This document shows positions 14,101 to 27,000 of a DNA stretch of 64,000 bases, one piece after another; positions within the stretch are counted from its first letter, which is position 1; the number at the start of each line of letters is the position of its first letter. Source of the stretch: Lingula anatina (Eukaryota; Animalia; Brachiopoda); the NCBI GenBank assembly GCA_051362555.1, contig CM120643.1:3968001-4032000 (forward strand), in the 5' to 3' direction. A program made the translations under genes and the position numbers. The notes beneath the pieces were generated by a model. It was not told where the DNA came from and made no database searches. It saw only the letters and a program-made list of their open reading frames with translations.

Positions 14101-15165
14101 TCTCCTTCACGTCTGCTTTCACAGTTGTTGTGTCATTGATACTGACTGAAGAAAAACAGGAAAACAAATTAAATATTTCATACCTGTGCACAACAAGAAT
14201 TCAATACATTATTTAACATAGTCGAAAACCCATTCAAAGATTTAGATCACTGAACAGTGAATTTGAACTCAGTGTTTGTGCATGAGAGTCTCCCCCCTAC
14301 AGTCCATCTGTGTGTGTTTACATTTTTAAGTGTATTAAATGAATTCCCATTAAATTGTCCTAAACTTATTGTCTTACCTTTTTCTTTGATGCCCTCAGCA
14401 TCTGACACACTCTTTGTGTCTTTGATATTGGCTAAAGAAAAAATGATATCAAATAAAAACTTAACATTCCATATCTGTGCATGTTCAGATAGGATTCAGT
14501 ATTACAATTTATGGAAGACACATTCAAATATTTAAATGACTTAAAAATAAATGATCTTCTTAAGTATGCTAAAGATTTTGCTGGAGCAACATGCTTGTGG
14601 TGTGTATGTGCGTGTATGTGTGTTTGTTAGAGTATGTGTGTGTGCATGCATGTTTCATAAGTATATTAAAAGTCATAACTATTTTACTGAGATTCCTGTC
14701 TTACCTATCTGCTCAATACTTAGGGTCTTTACAAGTGTTACTTTGTTCTTGTCTTTCAGTTTGGTATCAAGTGAAAGGACAGAATTGAATTTTCAAACAA
14801 CACTATGGGTGTATTCCCAGAGATTTAGATCAATCCAGGGATTAAAATTTAGATCAACCTAACTCCCTGGGGGTTCATGATAAATTGCAGTCAGACGAGC
14901 GTGCACCAAAGTTAATTAACCCCTTACAGCTTTTAGTAGGCGGGGCAGTCAGACGCTTAAGCCGGCCAAGCTGACAGTAATCTAGTGAGACTCCCCACAG
15001 GGATAGATCGATCTAAAAATCTATGGAAATGGGGTGTATGTGTTCAATCTTTACACAGCAAAAGCATTAATTTTTCAGAAGATAAAGTATCTCCTTAAGT
15101 CTGTCAAAGGCCAGACTTTGCTTGTGCAACATGCATGCAAGTACAGTACCTTTTGGTGTGTGTGA

Positions 15166-15205
<40 letters not shown>

Positions 15206-16166
15206 ATGCACAATCACATGTCATCAGTGTCATAAATTGATACCTGTTCTATTGACCTATTCTATTCTATCTTACCTCTCTCCTTCACGAGCTCTGTCAC
15301 AGTAGTTGTTGTGTCTTTGACATCAACTGAAGGAAAAAATGGAACACAAATTCAACAACAGAATTGAATTTTAAGGAATACCAATTTATGAGTATGTTGG
15401 AGTATGTTGGAGACAAAGAGAAGCGTGTTAGTCTGTAAATCTGATTGTATTCAGTGAGAGTTTCCATGGAGTACGAAAGTGCACATTAGCTAGGTCTCCG
15501 AATTCATTGTCAACAGCCCCTGAGGGTCCAGACTTGCACCCTGAGAGTCAGGGTGTTGTTGTAATTATATTTAATAAATCCTTGCTAAAAGATTAAGAAA
15601 TGCATCAAGTTGATTGAATAGAGCAATGTTGTAGACTTACCACTGGTGTGGACTTCAGGCTTGTACATGTTGTTCCACTCTGGAATAAGATGACACATTT
15701 ATTTGTTATTCACAAGTTATGATATAGATTAAAATATAGTCCAAAATGTATTTGGCAATATTAAAGGACCATTTCTTCATTTCTTCCCACAGGTTATACT
15801 TTATAGGATTGTTGGATCAAATCATAATTATTTCAATATGTTATGAATGAAAAAATTTAAAGATTAATTCACCTCTGATTTCCATTGGTTATATGAGAGA
15901 GAATTATAAGATCAAGCACCTTTTATTTCCATGTCCAGTTCTCCCCAAGTACAGGTCACTTCCATGCTGTCTTTGGTGGTCACCTGGAGGCACCTGTTCC
16001 TAAAGGGTTCAGGCTCCCATGTCCAGCCACACCCAAGGTGATAAGGCTGAATGAATGAATGAATAAATAAATGAACGAACGAACAAACAAACAAACGCTC
16101 AAAAAAAAAAAACAATCAAATAAATTACTTGATGATATGTCAATGTCTAAAATGAAAAGTAAAATG

Positions 16167-16233
<67 letters not shown>

Positions 16234-17559
16234 AATGATAAATGAAATACACCAGAAGAAATGAATTAAGGTATGAATAAATAAACACTTAAACGTATTG
16301 GACTTTAAATTTTCTTTTCAATTTGAAAGATTATCATTTTTACCTCAGATCATTATTTTTGTAAAAAAAAAAAAAAGTTTCATACTTACATTTTGTGGCT
16401 TAATGAATTTCCATACCATATTTGAGCCCTTGGGCAGGAGATTCTCTGCCCTGAGAGATGGGACTCCCATATCAGTGAACCTTGACAGGTTCACTCCTCG
16501 CTGGGGGTCCCATCCCCCGAGGGCAGTTCCCCTGCCCACCACTTTTGCTTTCAATAAATTGTTTTTTAAAACAATTCTGACTGTGGCCATGGCTGTTAAA
16601 AATAAAAAGAATAAATATCACAATATATCTTTACCTATCAATATATCTTTTTGATATTTACACTACAGACATTCAAATTGATCACTGGGATAATAACTGT
16701 TCGTCTTGGCCAAAAAATGAATTTTCCTGGGGTAAACAACAATTTTCCCATACTTACCAATGGTTAATGAATCCATTTCTACATTAAAAGTTAGTCCCTG
16801 TTTTTTTTGTTTTTTTTTTTTCCTAAAAAGTCTTTTTTTTTTTGTTTGTTATAATCTCATATTACAGAGTATAGCCATCTATGGAGTTCACGTGGATAAT
16901 AGAATAATAGCTATAACGTCTGTTTTTGAGGTAAAACAGATTATATTATATTATATTATATTATATTATATTATATTATATTATATTATATTATATTATA
17001 TATGAGTTGTTCACAATGTTTTTATTGTAAAATATAGATCTCATGCAAAGAGTTAATTATTATCCCTTTAATTAATGTGAATAAAGAAAGATATATATCT
17101 TATTTTCATATTATGAGCAAATAAAATGTTTTATTTTATTTTTAGTAACAACAAAATAATTGCAAGAGTAGTTTTAGGCCCATATTGTATTATAAAACAC
17201 ATACAGTCTGATTATACAAACACACACACAACTTACGAGCACACTGTTCTTCTTTATTAATTTCAATTCCCATATCTGCTGTCATCTGCAATATGTACAA
17301 TAAATAAATGAAATCATGTTAAACAAGATACAAATCATGGAGTTCTGTATCTTAATTTGGTAGTTTGTGATGTATGCATTTGTACCATTACTGTATCAGA
17401 ATGATCAGCAAAACGTGTGACATGAATTTTTTAAGAATAAAAATTAACCACATAAAAAATCATGAACAGGTAAAAAGGCGCTGTGTGGGCTTACATTGAA
17501 CTTGCTACAGAATAAAAAATAAAAATAAAAATAAAACTTACCAGCGACTGTGTAGACAT
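10506..17559 (-). CDS. Multi-exon gene for a CBM20 (starch/glycogen-binding) domain protein with a low-complexity microexon-encoded tail
   Basis: Frame-consistent exon chain: 17559-17542, 17285-17237, 16778-16758, 16592-16390, 16046-15920, 15679-15641, 15326-15276, 14770 (or 14752)-14705, 14431-14378, 14145-14098, 10537-10506. CBM20 signatures VVGRGTALGGWDPQRGVNL, LP...WKFI, WEPEPFRNR and TW. A likely 3' UTR exon ends near ATTAAA at ~10225. Confidence 0.7.
10799..10964. mobile_element. Short MITE (hAT/P-like termini)
   Basis: Perfect 15-bp TIR CAGGGGCGTAACCAG / CTGGTTACGCCCCTG, with a 7-bp direct repeat AGTCAGT on both flanks. Confidence 0.85.
11096..11134. repeat. (GT)n microsatellite
   Basis: Read directly. 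A paralogous (GT)n at 15167-15202 lies in the duplicated intron. Confidence 0.95.
11163..14057 (-). mobile_element. Non-autonomous Helentron (HINE/DINE-1-like) element with internal satellite
   Basis: SubTIR pair ATTGTACCACCAGC (11199-11212) / GCTGGTGGTACAAT (14044-14057). Palindrome TGTACCGCCAGCGCTAACGCTGGTGGTACA at one end; hairpin GAGGCG..CGCCTC plus CTAGTT at the other. The flanks rejoin to match the uninterrupted paralogous intron at ~15205-15250. Confidence 0.8.
11370..13085. repeat. 146-bp tandem satellite (~11.7 copies) inside the Helentron
   Basis: The monomer AAAAGTAGGTCAAAGGTCAATTTTAAGGTCAC...CAGTTCATGGTG recurs with period 146 (e.g. 11654, 11800). Confidence 0.95.
14807..15036. 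mobile_element. Tourist/PIF-Harbinger-like MITE, copy 2 (inverted relative to 1030-1226)
   Basis: The internal sequence is the reverse complement of copy 1, the termini are of the same type, and TAT flanks both sides. Confidence 0.7.
16170..16230. repeat. (TA)n microsatellite
   Basis: Read directly. Confidence 0.95.
16941..17003. repeat. (TATAT)n microsatellite
   Basis: Read directly. Confidence 0.95.
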
Positions 17560-18549
17560 TGTCTCTTTGCTTTGTTTACTAAAACAATAAACAGGAATAA
17601 TTATTGTATAAAAGAATTTCATTGGACGGTTCCTGTATTGTTTCCTTAACTTTAAACCAATCAGATTGACACTTCCTTGAAGCACTCGACCTTGAGTCTT
17701 TCTACTGAATATCGCAGTGAACCTGTTGCTGATACTGGCCGCAGTCCTTTACAAATCCTAAGTCTCACCTCTTGCATAGCGCCATCTATATACTAAACAA
17801 TATTTATATGGCGTAGACTAGGCAAAGAGTGACGTTGAAAAGTCGGAATTTTCATCAAACGTTCTGCACACTGAGTTTCACCATACATCAGGACACTTTT
17901 CTTAGATGGTTTTGTTATAGATTCTATTGACATACTTTATCGGTGAATTCAGGATGAGACATCTAAAGTGACGGATACATATGGTATCGACTGTGTCAGT
18001 TGTTCACTGTTCACATCACGATGCAATGTGCTGGTGAAGATTTTACAATGTGCTGCAGAACCTTGACGCTGTAGATTAAAAGTGTTTTTGGAGAACTGAC
18101 ACGATTGCAAGCCATCATCTACTTTTCCATTCTCTTTTCTTCTGTAATTACCCAATGGCTTATGAAGGTGAGATAATTAATTGGAGAGCTGACGTTATGC
18201 CTTCTAATATAATTTTTATTTTAAGTGGGCATTTTTCTTGTTTCTTTTGAGTCATCTGTCGAAATAGTAATATATGAACTTAACTATGAACAACTAAAAC
18301 TTCCCATGGAGTGTCCACTTACGTGAACTAGCACTACCATCCCGAGTTTCAGAAAGCACCATAAACCCTCCTCTTTATTATCATTACTGGTACAGTGTAT
18401 GCTTCAGCCTTGACTTACAACAATACTTTTTTTGGTAAATTTATTTTATAAAATATTTCTTTGCATTTTATTTGATGTAATTCTAATATTCTGGATCTTG
18501 AGGAAAAACCCTAGTCATTGACTTTTTTTGTCTTTTCCAGTCCATCATC

Positions 18550-20135
18550 TGACTCCACACTACACTGTACTAGGAGGCACAGGATTATACTGCCACAATG
18601 GAACACAATGACTCCAGACTACTACACTGTACTAGGAGGCACAGGACTATACTGCCACAATGGAACACAATGACTCCAGACTACTACACTGTACTAGGAG
18701 GCACAGGACTATACTGCCACAATGGAACACAATGACTCCAGACTACTACACTGTACTAGGAGACACAGGACTATACTGCCACAATGGAACACAATGACTG
18801 CAGATTACTACACTGAACTAGGAGGCACAGGACTATACTGCCACAATGGAACACAATGACTCCAGACTACTACACTGTACTAGGAGGCACAGGACTATAC
18901 TGCCACAATGGAACACAATAACTCGAGACTACTACACTGTACTAGGAGGCACAGGACTATACTGCCACAATGGAACACAATGACTCCAGACTACTACACT
19001 GTACTAGGAGGCACAGGGCTATACTGCCACAATGGAACACAATGACTCCAGACTACTACACTGTACTAGGAGGCACAGGACTATACTGCCACAATGGAAC
19101 ACAATGACTCCAGACTACTACACTGTACTAGGAGACACAGGACTATACTGCCACAATGGAACACAATGACTGCAGATTACTACACTGAACTAGGAGGCAC
19201 AGGACTATACTGCCACAATGGAACACAATGACTCCAGACTACTACACTGTACTAGGAGGCACAGGACTATACTGCCACAATGGAACACAATGACTCCAGA
19301 CTACTACACTGTACTAAGAGGCACAGGACTATACTGCCACAATGGAACACAATGACTGCAGACTACTACACTGTACTAGGAGACACAGGACTATACTGCC
19401 ACAATGGAACACAATGACTCCAGACTACTACACTGTACTAGGAGGCACAGGACTATACTGCCACAATGGAATACTGACTCCAAACTAAAACGCTGCACTA
19501 GGAGGCACAAGACTATACTGCCACAATGGAACACAATGACTCCAGACTACTACACTGTACTAGGAGGCACAGGACTATACTGCCACAATGGAATACTGAC
19601 TCCAAACTAAAACGCTGTACTAGGAGGCACAGGACTATACTGCCCCAATGGAATACTGACTCCAAACTAAAATGCTGCACTAGGAGGCACAAGACTATAC
19701 TGCCACAATGGAACACAATGACTCCAGACTACTACACTGTACTAGGAGGCACAGGACTATACTGCCACAATGGAACACAATGACTCCAGACTACTGCACT
19801 GTACTAGGAGGCACAGGACTATACTGCCACAATGGAACACAATGACTCCAGACTACTGCACTGTACTAGGAGGCACAGGATTATACTGCCACAATGGAAC
19901 ACAATGACTCCAGACTACTACACTGTACTAGGAGACACAGGACTATACTGCCACAATGGAACACAATGACTGCAGATTACTACACTGTACTAGGAGGCAC
20001 AGGACTATACTGCCACAATGGAACACAATGACTCCAGACTACTACACTACTAGGAGGCACAGGACTATACTGCCACAATGGAACACAATGACTCCAGACT
20101 ACTACACTGTACTAGGAGACACGGGACTATACTAA
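18550..20135. repeat. 62-bp minisatellite (~25 copies)
   Basis: Unit ACTCCAGACTACTACACTGTACTAGGAGGCACAGGACTATACTGCCACAATGGAACACAATG with period 62 (18611, 18673...). A variant 60-bp unit occurs at ~19470-19700. Confidence 0.95.
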
Positions 20136-20483
20136 AAAAAAAAAAAAAAAACACAATGACTCCAGACTTATTTTCAAGATGGTCAGATAACAATAGAGTT
20201 TCATAAATCGTCATAAGTAGATTGCATTGTCTTCTAGATTTTTACATATTTCAGTGAGTTTTTGAATCTGTAATGCTGCTTAATTACAGCCTTTCAGCAA
20301 GTTTTCATCTTGTTCAATGTAATACCTGATATTTGAGTGATTTTTTGTTGCTACTGATGTAAGAATTTTTATATAAATCTTTCGGATATTTTATTGCTTT
20401 GTCAAAGAAATTGAAGGAACAGTTTTTAAGACACTTGAAAATAAAGTAGATTGTTTTAAAGATGTATTTTTTATTGTCTTCCT

Positions 20484-20601
20484 GTGGATCACACATGTCC
20501 TCCATATATGTTTGTATGTGATAATGGCTGCTTTATCAACTTATCATGAAGATGTGACCAGGACAATGACTGTAGAGCTAACAGTAATGAGGAAGGGTGT
20601 A
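20484..20601 (+). pseudogene. LDL-receptor class A (LDLa) repeat pseudoexon of an LRP/megalin-like gene
   Basis: Translates DHTCPPYMFVCDNGCFINLS*RCDQDNDCRANSNEEGC. The conserved Trp position is TGA. The phase-1 donor A|GTAAGT is intact, but the acceptor reads CCTG instead of CCAG. Confidence 0.8.
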
Positions 20602-20770
20602 GTAAGTATTGCTTAGAATGAAGATGTGACCACAACAATGACTGTAGAGATAACAGTGATGAGGAAGGGTGTAGTAAGTATTGCTTAGAATGAAGATGTG
20701 ATCACAACAATGACTGTAGAGATAACAGTGATGAGGAAGGTGTAGTAAGTATTACTTAGAATGAAGATGG
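20546..20770 (+). repeat. 72-bp tandem triplication of the LDLa 3' half plus splice donor
   Basis: Units start at 20546, 20618 and 20690 (partial at 20761). Copy 2 reads RCDHNNDCRDNSDEEGC|GTAAGT; copy 3 is the same with a 1-nt deletion before the final Cys. Confidence 0.9.
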
Positions 20771-21049
20771 ATATCAAAGAAATGGGTTGTCAGGTAGTGC
20801 ACTGGGCAATGGCCTTCATGAAGCTGTAAAGATTGCTTGTCAATTTAACACACACATGTATTGAGAGACAGGTAATGGGTTCATTTTATGCAGAAAATTA
20901 AAATTTCTGTGTTAGAAAATAAGATATAAATTATGTTCCAGCTTTTAAATTACAGATATTATTCCATTTCAAAAAATTGTTGCACAGCTGATTCATATAC
21001 TGCTATTGAAAAAGTTGTATATAGTCACCTGTTGTAAATTTCAACATAT

Positions 21050-24000
21050 ATTTAAATTATTGTTAAGCATCATTTGTACAAATTTTAGAAACATTGGACA
21101 AGATTTGACAAAATTATTAACGTTTAACTATTTTATGTCATGGGATTTGCCAGTGTTTTCGGTGTAATTTTCAGTTTTTTCAGTTATATTGTTCTTTTTC
21201 CAGAGTACCCTTACCATGAAGATGCAGGCAGTGAAAGACAGCATCAAGAGCAGCATTATGTCTTATCCAAGTGTACAATACATGATATGTGGCAAGATTT
21301 AGGACATTGTCAAATGTTTTGATAACAACAACCCATTCCAGAAACCCATTGTAAGGAGTAATCTACATCTGGCATTGATAGTAAGGAGAAGTCATGTATG
21401 GGTATATATTGTTTTTCAGATAACAGTTATAGGTAATTTGCAACCTCCTACACAAACAACCTCAAATCATCACATTTGCTATTTTATTTTATAATCACAT
21501 TGCAAAATTATTAACATTTAACTATTTTAAGCCATGGAATTTGCCAGATTTTTCAGTGTAATTTTCAGTTTTTTTCAAGGATATTGTCGAAAGAAGATAC
21601 TTTTCATTAGACACAGTCATTTGATCAGCTTATCACAGGTTTTTATTGTTGTTAAGCATCATTTGTACAAAAATCAGAAACATTGGACAAGATTTGAAAA
21701 TTTTATTAACGTTTAACTATTTGAACTCCTTGGATTTGCCAGTCTTTTCAATGTAAATTTCATTTTTCCCAAATATTTTGTCCCAAAAAACACTTTTCAT
21801 TAGATACAGTCAACAGATCATCTAATCACAGATTTTTATTATTGTTAAGCATCATTTGTACAAATTTCAGAAATATTGGACAAGATTTGACAAAACTATT
21901 AACGTTTAACTATTTTATGTCGTGGAATTTGCCAGCGTTTTCAATGTTATTTTCAGTTTTTTCAGTTATATTGTTCTTTTTCCAGAGTACCTTTACCATG
22001 AAGATGCAGGCAGCGAAAGACAGCACCAAGAGCAGCACTATGTCTTATCCATGTGTACAATACATGATATGTGGCAAGATTTAGGACATTGTCAAATGTT
22101 GTGATAACAGCAACCCATTCCAGAATTCCATCGTAAGGACTAATCTGCATCTGGCATTGATAGTAAGGAGAAGTCATATATGGATATATATTGTTTTCCA
22201 GATAACAGTTATAGGTAATTTGCAACCTCCTACACAAACAACCTCAAATCATCACATTTGCTATTTAATTTTATAATCACATATTGGACAAGATTTGAAA
22301 ATTTTATTAACGTTTAACTATTTTAAGTCATGAGATTTGCCAGTGTTTTCAACGTAAATTTCAGTTTTCCCAAATATGTTGTCCCAAAAAACACTTTTCA
22401 TTAAATACAGTCAACAGATCATCTAATCACAAACAACCTCAAATCATCACATTTGCTATTTTATTTTATAATCACATTGCAAAATTATTAACATTTAACT
22501 ATTTTTAGCCATGGAATTTGCCAGATTTTTCAGTGTAATTTTCAGTTTTTTCAAGGATATTGTCGAAAGAAGATACTTTTCATTAGACACAGTCATTTGA
22601 TCAGCTTATCACAGGTTTTTATTGTTGTTAAGCATCATTTGTACAAATTTCAGAAACACTGGACTAGATTTGACAAAATTATTAACGTTTAACTATTTGA
22701 AGTCCTTGGATTTGCCAGTCTTTTCAATGTAAATTTCATTTTTCCCAAATATGTTGTCCCAAAAAACACTTTTCATTAAATACAGTCAACAGATCATCTA
22801 ATCAGAGATGTTTATTATTGTTTAACATCATTTGTACGAATTTCAGAAATATTGGACAAGATTTGAAAAAATTATTAACGTTTAACTATTTTATGTCGTG
22901 GAATTTGCCAGCGTTTTCTATGTTATTTTCAGTTTTTTCAGTTATATTGTTCTTTTTCCAGAGTACCCTTACCATGAAGATGCAGGCAGTGAAAGACAGC
23001 ATCAAGAGCAGCATTATGTCTTATCCAAGTGTACAATACATGATATGTGGCAAGATTTAGGACATTGTCAAATGTTTTGATAACAACAACCCATTCCAGA
23101 AACCCATTGTAAGGAGTAATCTGCATCTGGCATTGATAGTAAGGAGAAGTCATGTATGGGTATATATTGTTTTTCAGATAACAGTTATAGGTAATTTGCA
23201 ACCTCCTACACAAACAACCTCAAATCATCACATTTGCTATTTTATTTTATAATCACATTGCAAAATTATTAACATTTAACTATTTTAAGCCATGGAATTT
23301 GCCAGATTTTTCAGTGTAATTTTCAGTTTTTTTCAAGGATATTGTCGAAAGAAGATACTTTTCATTAGACACAGTCATTTGATCAGCTTATCACAGGTTT
23401 TTATTGTTGTTAAGCATCATTTGTACAAATTTCAGAAATATTATACAAAATTATTAACGTTTAACTATTTGAACTCCTTGGATTTGCCAGTCTTTTCAAT
23501 GTAAATTTCATTTTTCCCAAATATTTTGTCCCAAAAAACACTTTTCATTAGATACAGTCAACAGATCATCTAATCACAGATTTTTATTATTGTTAAGCAT
23601 CATTTGTACAAATTTCAGAAATATTGGACAAGATTTGAAAATTTTATTAACGTTTAACTATTTTAATTCATGAGATTTGCCAGTCTTTTCAACGTAAATT
23701 TCAGTTTTCCCAAATATGTTGTCCCAAAAAACACTTTTCATTAGATACAGTCAACAGATCATCTAATCACAGATTTTTATTGTTGTTAAGCATCATTTGT
23801 ACAAATTTCAGAAATATTGGACAATATTTGACAAAACAATTAACGTTTAACTATTTTATGTCGTGGAATTTGCCAGCGTTTTCTATGTTATTTTCAGTTT
23901 TTTCAGTTATATTGTTCTTTTTCCATAGTACCTTTACCATGAAGATGCAGGCAGTGAAAGACAGCACCAAGAGCAGCACTATGTCTTATCCATGTGTACA

Positions 24001-27000
24001 GTACATGATATGTGGCAAGATTTAGGACATTGTCAAATGTTGTGATAGCAGCAACCCATTCCAGAATTCCATTGTAAGGAGTAATCTGCATCTGGCATTG
24101 ATAGTAAGAAGAAGTCTTGTATGGATATATATTGTTTTCCAGATAACAGTTATAGGTAATTTGCAACCTCCTACACAAACAACCTCAAATCATCACATTT
24201 GCTATTTAATTTTATAATCACATTGCAAAATTATTAACATTTAACTATTTTAAGCCATGGAATTTGCCAGATTTTTCAGTGTAATTTTCAGTTTTTTTCA
24301 AGGATATTGTCGAAAGAAGATACTTTTCATTAGACACAGTCATTTGATCAGTTTATCAGAGGTTTTTATTGTTGTTAAGCATCATTTGTACAAAAATCAG
24401 AAACATTGGACAAGATTTGAAAATTTTATTAACGTTTAACTATTTGAAATCCTTGGATTTGCCAGTCTTTTCAATGTAAATTTCATTTTTCCCAAATATT
24501 TTGTCCCAAAAAACACTTTTCATTAGATACAGTCAACAGATCATCTAATCACAGATTTTTATTATTGTTAAGCATCATTTGTACAAATTTCAGAAATATT
24601 GGACAAGATTTGAAAATTTTATTAACGTTTAACTATTTTAAGTCATGAGATTTGCCAGTGTTTTCAACGTAAATTTCAGTTTTCCCAAATATGTTGTCCC
24701 AAAAAACACTTTTCATTAAATACAGTCAACAGATCATCTAATCACAGATTTTTATTGTTGTTAAGCATCATTTGTACAAATTTCAGAAATATTGGACAAG
24801 ATTTGAAAAAATTATTAACGTTTAACTATTTTATGTCGTGGAATTTGCCAGCGTTTTCTATGTTATTTTCAGTTTTTTCAGTTATATTGTTCTTTTTCCA
24901 GAGTACCCTTACCATGAAGATGCAGGCAGTGAAAGACAGCATCAAGAGCAGCACTATGTCTTATCCATGTGTACAATACATGATATGTGGCAAGATTTAG
25001 GACATTGTCAAATGTTGTGATAACAGCAACCCATTCCAGAATTCCATCGTAAGGAGTAATCTGCATCTGGCATTGATAGTAAGGAGAAGTCATGTATGGA
25101 TATATATTGTTTTCCAGATAACAGTTATAGGTAATTTGCAACCTCCTACACAAACAACCTCAAATCATCACATTTGCTATTTAATTTTATAATCACATAT
25201 TGGACAAGATTTGAAAATTTTATTAACGTTTAACTATTTTAAGTCATGAGATTTGCCAGTGTTTTCAACGTAAATTTCAGTTTTCCCAAATATGTTGTCC
25301 CAAAAAACACTTTTCATTAAATACAGTCAACAGATCATCTTATCACAAACAACCTCAAATCATCACATTTGCTATTTTATTTTATAATCACATTGCAAAA
25401 TTATTAACATTTAACTATTTTAAGCCATGGAATTTGCCAGATTTTTCAGTGTAATTTTCAGTTTTTTCAAGGATATTGTCGAAAGAAGATACTTTTCATT
25501 AGACACAGTCATTTGATCAGCTTATCACAGGTTTTTATTGTTGTTAAGCATCATTTGTACAAATTTCAGAAACACTGGACTAGATTTGACAAAATTATTA
25601 ACGTTTAACTATTTGAAGTCCTTGGATTTGCCAGTCTTTTCAATGTAAATTTCATTTTTCCCAAATATGTTGTCCCAAAAAACACTTTTCATTAAATACA
25701 GTCAACAGATCATCTAATCAGAGATGTTTATTATTGTTTAGCATCATTTGTACGAATTTCAGAAATATTGGACAAGATTTGAAAAAATTATTAACGTTTA
25801 ACTATTTTATGTCATGAGATTTGCCAGTGTTTTCAACGTAAATTTCAGTTTTCCCAAATATGTTGTCCCAAAAAACACTTTTCATTAAATACAGTCAACA
25901 GATCATCTAATCACAGATTTTTATTGTTGTTAAGCATCATTTGTACAAATTTCAGAAATATTGGACAAGATTTGAAAAAATTATTAACGTTTAACTATTT
26001 TATGTCGTGGAATTTGCCAGCGTTTTCTATGTTATTTTCAGTTTTTTCAGTTATATTGTTCTTTTTCCAGAGTACCCTTACCATGAAGATGCAGGCAGTG
26101 AAAGACAGCATCAAGAGCAGCACTATGTCTTATCCATGTGTACAATACATGATATGTGGCAAGATTTAGGACATTGTCAAATGTTGTGATAACAGCAACC
26201 CATTCCAGAATTCCATCGTAAGGAGTAATCTGCATCTGGCATTGATAGTAAGGAGAAGTCATGTATGGATATATATTGTTTTCCAGATAACAGTTATAGG
26301 TAATTTGCAACCTCCTACACAAACAACCTCAAATCATCACATTTGCTATTTTATTTTATAATCACATATTGGACAAGATTTGAAAATTTTATTAACGTTT
26401 AACTATTTTAAGTCATGAGATTTGCCAGTGTTTTCAACGTAAATTTCAGTTTTCCCAAATATGTTGTCCCAAAAAACACTTTTCATTAAATACAGTCAAC
26501 AGATCATCTAATCACAGATTTTTATTGTTGTTAAGCATCATTTGTACAAATTTCAGAAATATTGGACAATATTTGACAAAACAATTAACGTTTAACTATT
26601 TTATGTCGTGGAATTTGCCAGCGTTTTCTATGTTATTTTCAGTTTTTTCAGTTATATTGTTCTTTTTCCATAGTACCTTTACCATGAAGATGCAGGCAGT
26701 GAAAGACAGCACCAAGAGCAGCACTATGTCTTATCCATGTGTACAGTACATGATATGTGGCAAGATTTAGGACATTGTCAAATGTTGTGATAGCAGCAAC
26801 CCATTCCAGAATTCCATTGTAAGGAGTAATCTGCATCTGGCATTGATAGTAAGAAGAAGTCTTGTATGGATATATATTGTTTTCCAGATAACAGTTATAG
26901 GTAATTTGCAACCTCCTACACAAACAACCTCAAATCATCACATTTGCTATTTAATTTTATAATCACATTGCAAAATTATTAACATTTAACTATTTTAAGC

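Noticed and set aside
15386-15630. Possible solo LTR (TGTTGGAG start, AATAAA)
   Set aside because: No clear CA end or target-site duplication.
15912-16592. Laforin (EPM2A), STBD1 or GPCPD1 assignment for the CBM20 gene
   Set aside because: No phosphatase or GDPD exons and no N-terminal hydrophobic anchor were found.
16634-16662. Additional microexon of the CBM20 gene (AG..GT-bounded)
   Set aside because: The 28-nt version introduces a stop, the 12-nt version has a poor acceptor, and the flanking exons join in frame without it.
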